From the human T2T-CHM13v2.0 reference genome, Homo sapiens, in the NCBI RefSeq assembly GCF_009914755.1, contig NC_060936.1: a stretch of 64,000 nt of DNA, one strand, 5' to 3'. The first letter of the stretch is position 1. Each line of letters begins with the position of its first letter. Below are positions 15,722 through 28,829 of the stretch, piece after piece. Both the position numbers and the translations under genes were made by a program. The notes under the pieces were generated by a model. That model did not search any database. It was not told the origin of the DNA and saw only the letters and a program-made list of their open reading frames with translations.

Positions 15722-18700
15722 CTACAGGATAAGATGCATTTGTTTAAAACATTTTCCACAGTTTAGCAATTCATTCCTGTTAAACCTCCATGGACAAAGC
15801 AAGCATGAACTCTTTCTTCTAGTTAAATCTTGCAATACAATGAGCTATATATATTCTATACAGAAATATGTAGTGTGGTGGAAAATAAGTAAGTCCAGGG
15901 CAATTAAATGATCAATGATGCTACTGGGTCAGTTATCAGCTTAAGGAATCTTCAATTATTCATTGATGTCACCATTCAATCCTGTAAATTCAATACCTTT
16001 TATTGAGCAACTACTAGGTTCCAGGCACTATTTGGGCTCTGAGAAATTTAAAGATGAATAAGACAATGCTTTATCTTTTAGGAGCTCACAATCTAACTTA
16101 ATAGACACATATATAACAAACTGAAAGATCCTTAGAGGTGATATAATATGATTTATAAAATGTCCCAGAAAGACATTGAGAAATACAGTGTGGAAAGTAC
16201 TAAAAATGGAACATGCACAGGCTTTTGAATCGTAAGACCTGGATTGGAATCCTCTCTCTTTCATTTTCCAGGTGGACTACTTTGGGCAAATCATTCAGCT
16301 TTCTTAGTTTTCTCATCCGTGAAAGCATGCTAATAACAAGATCTGTCAAAACAGTATTCAGAGGATGAAAAAAGGAAAAGAATAGTTTAAAAAGAATATT
16401 GAGAAGTATATAAAAATGATGGAAAATTATAAATACACAAAAATGACCTCTTGACCTTTGGCAAAGATCTCAGGAAGCATTAACTTGCTCCCATATGCTG
16501 AGATCTGAGACATCCAATTGTTGAAAAAGAGTTACAAAATCCATGAAAGTACACAAATAACCTATCAGAAAATAAACTTAGTCTTAAACTAAATCTCAAA
16601 GAATGTCCAGGATCTAGCACTTACTACATGCATGTGACAGAAAACCAAGGTTGGGGTTAGGGCTGACATTCCAGAGTTTGCTAAATCATTAGCCTAAGTC
16701 GAAAAATAATACATAAAATTCTATGTGTGTCCACAATAAGCAGCAGGTACCTAAAACTGGGAAGAAAAAAATTTGCAGAACAATTACTCTCTTGTAAGCA
16801 AGTTAATGAAATTAATGGAATAGATGTTACATCATCTCAATGAGAGAAGGCTGTGTTAGGAAACTCTTAGTGACTCAGAATAACAAGCCCTGCATGAATA
16901 CTGATGACCCTTAGCAAAAAATTCTTTCAATTCAGAAAATTCAGATTTTTGCCAAAACATCCCATGAAACTGAGGTGTGAAGGAAAAAACAAATTTATCA
17001 GCAAGAGTGATTTTAGGGAGCTTCAAATGAAATGGAAGACTAAACTGTTAAATATCCCATTTTGATCATGATGTTATCTTTCTAAAAAACTTCATTTATT
17101 TAGAGCCTATATAAACATTTATTTAGAGCCTATAATTTCTGGGTATTATAATAAGCACTTGATTTGGATTATCTCATGTAATTTGGCAACAACCTAAGAG
17201 GTAGGTTTTATTAGGCACCAAGTGCCCCCTTTTATTGATGACAAGATTAAGGCTTAGAGAGGTTAAGGAACTTGCCTATAGTTACACAGTTAGCAGTGGA
17301 GCCAGGATCTGAACCCAGGTCATTTGATCTCTGCATACTGTCCATGAATCACAATCTCTTGCAGCCTCTATTCCTCTTCCCCCTTTTAAACCCTGCCAGA
17401 GAGGTACAGATGAGTCTCTGACTTAAGTCTTCTTCCTACTAAAGAATACTGAGCCTTCTTCTTTCCAGTTTCCTTGAAATGACAAAAGATATTCCTGTCT
17501 CTAGTTCACTTGGTAGCACTCTTTTCTCCTGTTGGCTTCCAAGAAAAGTAAGATATTTCTGATACACATCCACAGATGCCACTTTTGACTAGGGCAATTC
17601 AGACTTGAATGTACCTGGGCTTGAAGTTGAGTCACCCCCTAAACCCCACCCCACTACAGTGTGTGTTCAGCCAATCACAAGTCTGATCTCATCTTCTCCA
17701 GAAATGCCTCTGGGCATCAGGTCCTTTCTTCCCACTGCCATCACCTGAATCCATTTCTTAGTGGCCTGCATCGATCCAGCCTGACATTTTTACTCTTGTC
17801 CTTCTATTTAGAATCCCTCAAACGCTCCATCCCCATGGCTTCTTGCTGATGTTTGGCAGTTTCTGTGGTACCGAATCTCTGGAGGCCCACCTACAGGAAC
17901 CTCCTTTCCAGCCAAGCTGCTTTCTTTCTTGCCTTTTTAGCTCCTCATTAGAGTATTCACCAAATTTCCCTTTCCAAGATCTCACCTTCCTTAAAGGCTC
18001 TTTTGGGTCTCAATTCTCTTAGGAAATGTTTGTTCCCCTCAGCCCAGGTGCACAATCACTTCTTTATCTATGCTTTCCACTTGGCATTTGATGCCCACAT
18101 GGTATTTCATAATAATTGACTCACAGAAATTGATTTGTCCTTAGTGCTCATCTAGTTAAACTCCCTTACATTACAGATGGGGAAAACTTAGAGCCAAAGG
18201 GAGAAAATAACTCACCTGAGGCCACATAGGTAGTGGAGGCTGGTCAAGAACTCAGGCTCCTAATTATCAATTTTTCTACATAATTCCCTTTGCTATGGAC
18301 ATAATATGGGAATTTAGTCCTGTTTCTTGCAAAGTAAAAGATTTACTCTGGTCCAGTCACCAGACAGTTAGTCAATAGCACTCCTAACAGCCTATATTTC
18401 ACCATGCTGATCCCCCTTCACTTGCTCCATTTCTCTCCATGCACTTTGTAAATCAGTGTTTCTCAATGAGTGTTCCTTGGATCTTGACTCCAAAATTACA
18501 GGTGATTCCTTCTTATAATGCAGTTCCCTGGGCTTTACCTAAACCTGTTGAATCAAGTTGTCTTAGAATCTGCCATTTCAAAACCATCCCAGGTGATTCT
18601 TAACCATAGAAAATTTTGGAACCATTGATATATATACAGCCTATTTTTTTAATTATAACTTTTCCCTAAATGTGTCTGCAAATTCACATTTACTATATAA

Positions 18701-19893
18701 CACGACACTACTTTGTTTGTTATTAATATAATTTGTGGATTCTCAATCTTCTAAGTGCTCTATAAAGAACTTTAAACCCCTATGCTTTCCTGATGAGATC
18801 CCTGCCCCTAACCCCTTCCCACAGTTGTGGGGACCGTATTGCCAGCAGCACCAAAACTATGTGCAGGATGGAGCCAGGACCTGTTCTGGGATCACTCTGA
18901 CTCTCACGCTGTTCCTCTGTACAATAAGTTCTGTCTCCTAAGAGCCATGTACTATTTTCATAAGAAATTTTTTTTTTTAAGGATTCAAATAAAAATCAGT
19001 CCTAAGTTCTGCAGTCTTTCTAGTTATATTAACGTTAACATTAACCATTCTTTTCTCTCCAGCCTCCCTGTTTTCTACTGAGAACTCTTCTCCCTAATCC
19101 TACTGATGACAGGGGCCTGCAGACTTACATTATTTCCCTGGCCTGGGCTTTATGACTGAATCTCAAGAGTCCAGGAGCAGACTTCCTCCCATGGGTAAAT
19201 ATGTAGGTCACATTAAAGAATGTATTCTGCAATTCTTCACCTCAAGAAAATGCCAACAAATCCCGGAGAATGGAATATACCTTGGGCATTATTTCCAAGT
19301 CACGTTTAGGGTTCTTTCACATTCCATGCCCAGGGCTAACTCTTGGTCATTTTCCTCTCTGCTTAGTTTCTGCCTCCCCTGGTCTGAGTAAGTTTCTGTC
19401 TGAATTCTCTTCATGCCTCATCTTCTTCCCAAAATGAAAGGAGGATAGTTACTCACAATTTTGCCATTTTGATACCTTGCTGAGAGCACTTTATAAATAT
19501 TACAAAAGAAATCTAGAAGGATTCCACATCCCATCCCAGATCATTAGGGACCAGCCCCTTCAGTGTACAGAAGAGTAAACAGACAACAGAGAGGGACAGT
19601 AACTTGTCCAAAGACACACAGCTAATTGGTGGCAGTTCTGGAGGCCAGATCCCCAACCCCCTAAAGCAATGGTCATTCATTCCTGTGAAAGCCACCGAGG
19701 ACAGATGTTCTCCTACTTAGAAACAATTGTTGAGGACATTTGTCTGTTGACTTCCTGGATATTCTCATCAGCTTCCAACGAATTCAGACTTCTTACTGAG
19801 CTTATGAAACCAGGAAGCACCAGCAGTCTTCGGATCTCTTTCTCTGGAGGCCCAAATTCCCCTAACTGAGCAGCTCAGGCTGCCGTGGCTCAC
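15722..19893 (-). other. PAH: PAH intron 1 (4172 nt)
   Basis: CAG|GTGAGC donor at 19894/19893; AG acceptor at 15723-15722. Confidence 0.97.
16444..16460 (-). promoter_or_regulatory. Candidate nuclear-receptor DR2 element overlapping an HNF4-like CAAAGGTCA
   Basis: Minus strand reads CAAAGGTCA-AG-AGGTCA. Confidence 0.4.
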
Positions 19894-19953
19894 CTGTCCA
19901 AAGTCAGAGAGTTTCCTGCCCAAGCCTGGGTTTTCCAGGACCGCAGTGGACAT
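19894..19953 (-). CDS. PAH: Phenylalanine hydroxylase exon 1 coding part (MSTAVLENPGLGRKLSDFGQ; includes the Ser16 PKA site)
   Basis: Human PAH N-terminus; GCCAGCATG start context; canonical donor. Confidence 0.98.
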
Positions 19954-20420
19954 GCTGGCTCCCCGGGAGTGAGGTCTCTGGCTTTTTAGGGCCTCAGGTA
20001 CAGGCAGGTTTGCAAACAGCACGTGGGGCTGAAGGTTTTAACCTCGCACTAGGGAGGAGAAGAGAGTTACAAAGGGTGTCTCTTGCGTGGTGCATCTCCG
20101 CACAGTAACGCCCCTCGTGGGCGTTGTCCTGACGCAGGAGGCCAGGGCAGCCTGCCGGATGCTCCAGGTCACCTGCCCAGGACGGGCCGGAGGGGAGGGG
20201 CTGAGGGAGGGTGTGGGGGACGCAGGAGGCACCACTTCGCTGCCCGCCCTGGGTAAAGGGAAGAAGCCAGGGAGCGACGGGCCACCCAAGCCCCGTCGAT
20301 TAGACAGGTTTAGGCACTTCCGGGACTCTCAGAAGCCTGGGAAGCGAGTTCTCTGCAATTGGACTAAGCCTGCGACCGTCTGGTATAACAATTATATGAA
20401 TAATCCGCCCCCCTTACCCC
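19954..20420 (-). promoter_or_regulatory. PAH: PAH 5' UTR and TATA-less GC-rich proximal promoter
   Basis: Local CpG enrichment, GC/CACCC boxes, G-tract array 20184-20220, palindrome GTTTGCAAAC 20008-20017, E-box CACGTG 20020-20025. Confidence 0.85.
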
Positions 20421-21269
20421 CAGCTGAAACAGTCAGGATTCTCATTTAGATTTTTGTTGTTGTTGTTTTCCCTTCTGTTAACCTCTAAGCACACTGCCTT
20501 GCTGTGCGCTGACTTCAGAAAACTACAGCTAGAGGGCACGTGAACGCTGAGCACAGCAGGTAAAGAGCAAATGTAAGAGCGATCTGGGTTTAAATCCAGC
20601 CTGGTGTTCTCCAGCTATTCGCACAACTGCTCCTGAAGCTCGGAAAAGAGGGTGGTAGAGCCACCTTGCTGGAAGGTTTTAAGAATAGGAATAAAGAAAT
20701 GCATTAAAATTTAGTACAGTTCTTCCACATAAACACTCAGTAAATGGAAGATATTGTTTAAAAGCAAATCCACATAAATTTGACAATAATTACTGAGACC
20801 TGTACCGTGTGCTTGGTGGTGTTCTAGTCTTTGGGAATACAGCAATGAACAAAACAGACTCTGCCTCCCCAGCTATGCTGCCATTCTGGTGGGCAGAAAA
20901 TAAACATATAAATAAGTTTAGGTAGGGCTAAGTCTTTTGAAGAAAGTAAAGTAGGGGGATGGTCTATGAGTGAGCTGGTGGGATTTGGCCAGTGGTCTTC
21001 AAATAGTCAGGAAGATGCCATTAACCACACTTTTAGAGAAGACTGAGGGTGAGGCATTACTGACCAGGAGGTAAAACAAAGTATAAAAGAATGCTGGAAA
21101 GCAGGTTCAGAGGTTCAGAAAGGATGTGAAAACTCAGGGGCCTCAAGCCTTGAGTGCCTGCTTAATATTTTCCCAAGAGAAAGTAATGGGCTGTAAGAAA
21201 ATAAGCCAATAATAAAGGTTGCTGGAAGCCCATCCCTCTCCTCCCACTGTTCTTTGACCAAGCATCTGA

Positions 21270-21310
21270 AAATAAATAAACAAATAAATAAATAAATAAG
21301 TAAAATAAAA
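21270..21310. repeat. (AAAT)n microsatellite
   Basis: Read directly. Confidence 0.85.
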
Positions 21311-22119
21311 CTCAGGTTTAGGATTCAAAACAAGTGGTTTAACTCTTGGTTCTACCACTGATTTGGTCAAGCCCATGCCTCAGTTTTTTTTTGTTTTGTT
21401 TTTTTGTTTTGTTTTTGTCTTTAAAATGAGAATTTTAAGGGATATTTAGGATTCCTTAAGCCTTTATGATGTGCCAGGCTGTCTACTGTCTGCTAAGAAT
21501 ACAGATATAACAAGTGCAATTTCTGTCCAAAAGGAACCTTTAGGGGCCTGATGAATATTTCCCATAGTAAGTTGGAAGCTCAATGTTGTTAAATATTGAA
21601 GGCGAAGATCTTGATTTCCATCCTCAGGAGAATCTGTATTCTTTATCTGACTCCGGCATTTTTCAGTGTAGTAGACATAAAACATGTTGTATTCCTCAGC
21701 CTCAGGATTTTCTTACAAACATAATTTCATCCCTTGATGCTACTTGAGGGCAATGAATGTGACAACTCCAAAAATATTACAGGCATGCAATAAAGAAAAG
21801 CAAAGAATATTATCTACTTATTTGCATGCACACTCTGTCTTAGACACTGTGCCACGCTCTCCACGTGCATGGTTTCACTTCTTCCTCTTAACAATCCCAT
21901 GAACTATGCACTCCCTTTTAATAGGCAAGAAACTGAGGCCTAGGAAGTTTAAACAAATGGCCCAAATTCAATCTATGTTTCACCCAACACCAAGGCACTG
22001 CACTGGCTCTCAAATACTTTTGCTTTCCTGTTTGAAATGAGGACAACATAATTTTTAGGACAACAAAATGATAGCTTTTCTTTCTTCTCCCCATAACAGC
22101 TGAAAATGCAACTCTTTTT

Positions 22120-22868
22120 TCTAATGTTTAATTTTTGTGGGAACATAGTAGATGTATGCATTCATGGAGTATGTGCAATATTTTGATACAGGCATGCAAT
22201 GTGTAATAATCACATCATTGAAAATGGGGCATCCATCCCCTCAAGCATTTATCTTTTGTGTTGCAAACAAGCCAATTATACTCTTTCAGGTATTTTTAAA
22301 TGTATAATTAAATTATTTTGACTATATTCGCCCTGTTGTACTATCAAATACTAGGTCTTATTCATTCTTTCTATATTTTTTTGTACCTATTAACCATCTC
22401 CACCTCCCCTCCAGGCCCCTACTACCCTTCCCCACCTCTGGTAATTAGCTCTCTACTCTCTAGCTCCATGAATCAGATTGTTTTGATTTTTAGACCCCAC
22501 ATATGAGTGAGAATATGTGATGTTTGGCTTTCTGTGCCTGGCTTATTTCATTTGACATAATGACCTCCAGTTCTGTCCATGTTATTGCAAATAACAGGAT
22601 CTCATTCTTTTTTATTGCTGAATAGTACTCCATTGTGTATTAAAGTACCACATTTTTTTAAAACCCATGTTGATGGAGACTTGGGTTGCTTCCAGATCTT
22701 GGCTATTGTGAACAGTGCTGCAACAAACATAAAAGAACAGACATCTCTTTGATATACTGATTTCCTTTCTTATAGGTATATACCCAGCAGTGGGATCACT
22801 AGATCATATAGTAGCTCTATTTTTAGTTTTTTGGGGAACTGCCAAACTGTTCTCCATAGTGGTTGTAC
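22120..22868 (-). mobile_element. 5'-truncated L1MA-type 3' end
   Basis: tttgatacaggcatgcaatgtgtaataatcacatc...cccagcagtgggatcactagatcata resembles L1MA 3' UTR and ORF2 end. Confidence 0.8.
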
Positions 22869-23229
22869 AAAAATGGAATTTTTAATCCTATCTCACATAA
22901 AAATGCCCTAAATCTAGGTTGAGAGGAAAGCACATCATTGCTATCTGAGAGAAGAAAAACTAATCGCTTCTTTAAAAAAAATTATTCTGGCAAAAAGGAA
23001 AAATTTATTTATGCACTAAGATAAAAATAAGAGATTGCTTGTGCCATAAACTTGCAGATGATTTTTAAGCCACCTTTTTGTTCAATTTGGTTGGAATGCA
23101 ATGTGCTGCTATAATGAGAGCAGTGCTGGGTGCTAAGGAAATGGAGGAAAAAAAGGCACATCTAGAAGAAGCATCCACAGTCAGTCAGTAGACCACTGAG
23201 GTATTTTTTAACACTGCACAGAGGTGGGG

Positions 23230-23380
23230 AACATGTCACAAGATGAGAAGTTGTGTACTTGGCAAACTTAGAGCTGACCTTTGCTGATTTGGAAGTTGAA
23301 GATTACCCAACCATTGCAGGTTTATCAGTTCTTTCTTGTTTATCTTCATGTGCAGAAGGTTGAGTTAATCATAATCCATG
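23230..23380. promoter_or_regulatory. Probable liver enhancer of PAH (~3.4 kb upstream of the ATG)
   Basis: Clustered TGACCTTTG (HNF4-like, 23275-23283), ATTACCCAAC (C/EBP-like), TGTTTAT (FOXA-like) and GTTAATCATAATC (HNF1-like, 23364-23376). Confidence 0.6.
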
Positions 23381-23439
23381 AGTTCATGGCACAGAAACAA
23401 AACCTACATGACCCTTCTCTTGTTTTTTTATTCATTCTC

Positions 23440-24440
23440 TTTTATCATAATTCCTCACTCTCACTGCCTTTCCCCAGAGGCAACTTCTCTAATATGATGT
23501 TTAGCCTTGAACTTGTAAAATACATAGAAATGTTTGTGCGTATATGTATTTTTCATGGATATGTGATGTGGCACTATAGATTTACTACAATCTATGGATG
23601 TACTATAGATTTCATAGTTTCTTTTTTCTTTCAACTGTGTTCTTAGGATCCAGCCATGCTGCTGAATATGTATCTAGTTCTTTGCTTTTCTAAATGGTTC
23701 AGAATATCCCAGTGTGTATTTGCCACACTTGACTTCTTTATTTTCCAGTTATGGACATCTAAGTCATTGCTAATTTTTCACCACCCCAAACAATACTGTG
23801 ATAAATTTCCTTATCTTTCTTCCCTTATAGGCCTGGGGTAGAAATTTTCTGGGATAGAAGAGTGGTGCTATTATGAATCATAGGGAACATGCACTCTTAA
23901 TTTCACAAAGTGCTGCCAGATTGCCCTTTAGAGTGGCTTGGACCAGTCTACACACCAACCAGCAGGCAAAAGAGTTCCTATTGGTGGGTATACCTAATAT
24001 GTGGTATTCTCCAAAGGTCAGAATTTTTGCCAATCTGATCAGCATAAGCTGGTGTCTTGTTGTTTTTAATTTGAATTTCTCTCATAACTCATGAGTTTGA
24101 GCATCTCTTTATATACTTATACCTCTTAGATTTCCCATGCTATGAATAGTTTATCATCATATTTTCTACCCATTTTCTACTAGGATTCCTGTCTTGTAGA
24201 TTTGTTGCAATAATTTCTGTTAGCTCTGTGTCCAAATATTAGCTCTGTGCCCTTCTCAGTCACTGAACACATTGCCTCCCAATGTGTCACTGTCAGTTAA
24301 TTGTCAACTGGTGTCCTTCCTTGATTAAACAATAAAACAAGTAATTTTGAAATAACAAGTCCATCCTTTTAAAAATTTTTGTGGTTTGTACTATAGAGTA
24401 TTGTTTAAGAAGTCCTTCCCCATCCCAAAGTTCCAAAGAG
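23440..24440 (-). mobile_element. Old L1M (L1ME-like) fragment
   Basis: Degenerate antisense L1 ORF2/3' sequence (ccagtctacacaccaaccagcagg...tttttgccaatctgat). Confidence 0.6.
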
Positions 24441-24509
24441 GTGCTCTTCTCTCTAGCATCTAGATCTATCATAGCTAGATCTTTAATCTACCTGCATTGT
24501 AGATATACC

Positions 24510-24642
24510 TGTACATGCCTTGGGGATTTCTTAGAGGCTTTTCAACATGGTCCCACAGTCCAGGTAATACCACTTAACTTAAAGAGGCCAATCCCACAAT
24601 CAATTGTCTTTTGGGATTTTCTCACCATAGAGCCTATTTTAA
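24510..24642. repeat. 133-bp local direct duplication, copy 1 (copy 2 at 26572-26704)
   Basis: Ungapped hand alignment, about 16 mismatches (~88% identity). Confidence 0.9.
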
Positions 24643-24990
24643 CTTTCCGCTAGATATATAGATCAAATTTTCTTTCTCTGATTTGAAAGTTATCCCTTAT
24701 ATTTTAATTTTTTTGCTGTATTTTTATTTTTTTGCTCCAAGTTATATAATTTTTTCCTTTTAGATATAACTTTTTTCATTTATTTTTGAGGAGGTGAGCA
24801 CTCATATGGCTCAAACATCAAAATATAAAACCTAGTGAAAATTATTTCACATTCCCCTGTTCATCAGGCACCTGATTCTCTTCTCCAAAGATAACCAATG
24901 TTGTCAGTTTCTTCTAGAGATCTTTAAGCAAATATTTATGATAGTGTATATGCATATATTCCTTCCCTCCTTTTCTTACACAAATAGTAG

Positions 24991-25315
<325 letters not shown>

Positions 25316-26571
25316 TAAACCTTGCCTTTTTAAACTTTAAACTTAATGATATATCTTGAGGTCACGCTGTTTACTACAGGAAGACCTTATTTATTCTTTT
25401 GTAATGGCTCCATTGTATTTTTATGTGGATTATCGTAATTTATTTCATCAGTACTCTGTTGGTAAGTATTAACATTTATGTTGTTTCTAATCTTTCACTA
25501 TTACAAGTAATGCTTTAATGAAGAACTTTGTATGTATCATTTTACACATGTGTAAGAAGATAGCTATGTGAAATAATACATTAAGTTGAATGTATGAGTC
25601 AAAGGACATGAGAATGTATCATTTTAGTACATACTGACAAATTACCCTTTAGAGGATGACCATATAATTTATTATCCATGTTGGAATGTTTTGATAGTGA
25701 AAGGAGGTACTAGTTATAATTACACAGAAAAAAAACCAGATATAAATTGGACTGTCTCCGTTAAACGGTTATGTATGGTCTATCAATCCATATGAGTTCT
25801 ACCAACTTACATTTTACCAACAAAATATAAGAATGTCCACTTTCCCTATAGTTTTCAACCCAATGTGACATTGTATACTTTACCACTGGGCAAATGTCAA
25901 CAAGTAAGTTCAGATTTACAGAAAGACCAGACATCACTTGAGTAAATCAAGAGGTCTGCTGAGTCAAGATTCACAGCAAAAAGATCATCAGTATCACCTA
26001 TGAACAAGCAGGATATGTTTACAGCAGGGGGTACACACTTGTGGATGATAATGCCTGCGTGAATGAGAGATATGCTAGACCTTATGGAAGCTCAGCTCCT
26101 CCTTCACACACAGCCTGATGAGCATGAGACTAAAGCAGTTCTGGACAGGGACTTGACTGTATACAACAAACTTGGTTTCAGCATAACACGTTAATCACAC
26201 ATTGCACAGTTTGGTGAAATGGATATAGCACAGGGTACCCTTATGCCTGAACAAACTTCTCATTAATCATATTCAAGCTCTTCATGCTAATGTAAGTTGC
26301 TTGAACCAAGAACATTTATAAATTTATTGCTGTGGGACCAGAACAAATGTTAGGTACCCAGGCATGTGGCCTATAGACCATCCATGAGAACTTACCAAAA
26401 TTTTTGATTCTCACCATTCTAGAGGGGGAAAAACATATTATAGTTTAAATTAGAATGTACCTTATTTTGAGCAATGTTTGTACATATTTAAAAGTAATTT
26501 CTATTGTTATTTCTGTGAACTGTCTACACCTAAGATGTCTAAATTCTGATTATTTCTCTAATGGGATATTT

Positions 26572-26704
26572 TGTACCTGTCTTGGGGATTTCCCAGAGGT
26601 TTTTCAACATGGTCTCACAGTCCAGATAATACCACCTGACTTAAAGAGGTCCATCCCACAATCAATTGTCTTTTGGGGTTATCTCACCGTGCAGCCTATT
26701 TTAA
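26572..26704. repeat. 133-bp local direct duplication, copy 2
   Basis: Matches 24510-24642 at offset 2062. Confidence 0.9.
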
Positions 26705-27259
26705 GAAAAACATACCTTTGTCCTGCCAATGGTGGAGTCCAGCTTCTTCTCTGGACTTCTTTTCTGTCTATGCTCAATATTCAAAGAAGTTATCCAGTTT
26801 CTTGCCTTTATACACGAGTTAGGCAGTTTCTACACCTGCAAAATCCAGAGGACGTAGGCCAAGCTCTCTGGTAGGTTCTTTTTAACCACCCTAACTTGGT
26901 ATAAGGTAAAGAGGAGGGAATACTTCTCCCCTTCCAATGGAAGCAAAAGAGAAATGTCACAGCACATTGACACATCTCTAGTGAAATTCTCTTCCCAGCC
27001 ATTTGTTTTAGTCTTCTGGTTTGTTCTTATAAATCCTTACAGTGAGTATTGAATCTAATGCTGCAAAATGGGATTCTCCATCTCTTAGCATGCATGTCCT
27101 GTATAGAAAGTCTCAAACTCCAAAGCAGCAAAAACAAAACAATCACATTCAATGTACTATTAGCAGCAACTAGACTGATGGGTTTTTTTTTTAAATTAAG
27201 CTACTTCCTTAAATATTTAACCAGTTTTATGCATTTGTAAAGAATTTAACAAATGGAGA

Positions 27260-27775
27260 TGTTAGAGACAATTTCTATGGCATTTCTATATATCTTGGAC
27301 TACCTTTTCAAGGATATATGCACAGCAAAGAGCATTAGAGGCTAGTCTGTCCCTTTGGGTCAGACAGCAGAATTATTTATTGTCCAGTATAATAATTACA
27401 GAGAACATCTCCATCTCTGAAGACATTCCATAATAATAAAGTCTTCAACCTCTCACCAGAAGAAAACTTGTTTCCATGCCAAGGTAAAGATAATGCCTAT
27501 CTTTGAAGAGGAGGATGAGGAAGTTGCCATCAGCTTCTGTATGAATCAGAATGTCCTAAGCTCAGTGTTCCTTGGCTGTGAAACTGTATGCTCAGCATAC
27601 ACCTGGATCTACTCTGCATTACCCATGGACTTGGGGGACAAGGAGAATCAATGAAAATATGGACCTCATGTTGCCTATTGTGCCCTGAACAATAAACTGT
27701 GTAAATTCATTTGGATTCCTGGTTTACTCATTTGCCAATGTTATGAAAGTGTGGAAAGTCTGCCTAGAAGTTACA
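27260..27775 (+). mobile_element. ERVL solo LTR (LTR40-like)
   Basis: TGTTAGAGACAATTTCTATGG...GGACTACCTTTTCAAGGAT start; internal AATAAA near 27691. Confidence 0.55.
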
Positions 27776-27879
27776 CTGATGTTCAGGAATTGCTTGGCAA
27801 GTTGATAGGAAAGAAAGGGACCTGTGGCATATACAGCTAGGTTCTCCATTTTCTTTCCTTCTTTCGCATGGAAATGGAA

Positions 27880-28325
27880 ACTCAATATTAGTTTTCCCCA
27901 ATCCTTCATAGAATAAAAACTGCCTTTCCCAGCCTTTCTTGCAGCTGAGTGTAACTACAGGTCTAATATTTGGCCAAAGAAATGCAAGGAGAAGTAGTCT
28001 GTGCAATACCTAAGTAGTGTCCATAGAGGAGGCACACCCTTCTCCTTTTATTTTCTCCTTCTTGCAGGATGGAATGCAGATATGCTGACTGGAGCAGGAG
28101 CAGCCATATTGCATTATAAGGTAAATTTAGGAATGGAGACATGTTTTTCAGAGCAAAGGAGGAAAGGTTCAAGACAGAAGAAGCATTTGTGGTTATTGAT
28201 ATCATAAAGCATCACTTCAGCAGCCTTAGACTGCTGACTTAGAATTTGATGAGAAAAATTAACTTCTACTTTCTTTAAACTCATTTTTTTGACGTTTCTG
28301 TCACTCACAATCAAATCTAATCACA
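27880..28325. mobile_element. Old ERVL/MaLR LTR (MLT1/LTR33-like)
   Basis: tttcccagcctttcttgcagctgag...tggaatgcagatatgctgactggagcaggagcagccat motifs. Confidence 0.5.
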
Positions 28326-28829
28326 ACAATCTAAGAGACACGGATTGATATTTAAGATGGATTTACTTGTCCTAAAACTGTTCTTTCTTCATCAGACTTC
28401 AGAGAAAAATGCAACGTCTCATTGCAGACACAAAGGAGACTTCCTAATAAGTCAGCATGACTCACGAACTTCTTCAGAACCTTGTTTCAATGGCATCCTT
28501 CGTTTTAGTCTAACTTTTCCCTCACAGACAACCCAGAAATCTAAAGATCAGCCAAAGCCCACATAAACCCAATGCAATTAAGGTATGAAGTCATGGTTTT
28601 CATTAAAATAAGATTTCAGGCAGGCTATTCCAGGAATTCTTAGCAGAATTTAGACTTTACATTGAGTCATAATAAAGTCAGTTAGTAAATCAAGTGCATT
28701 TGATCCAAGTTTAAGTACAAACCAATATATATATAATATACATTATATGTATGATCTCAAGACTCTGAAGTCATTGCATGAGCATCCCTTCTCGGCAACA
28801 TCAGAGTGAGATCACTGAGGTGCTGTCAT

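Noticed and set aside
17093-17134. 19-bp direct repeat CATTTATTTAGAGCCTATA x2
   Set aside because: Ordinary slippage duplication at a MIR edge; no functional cue
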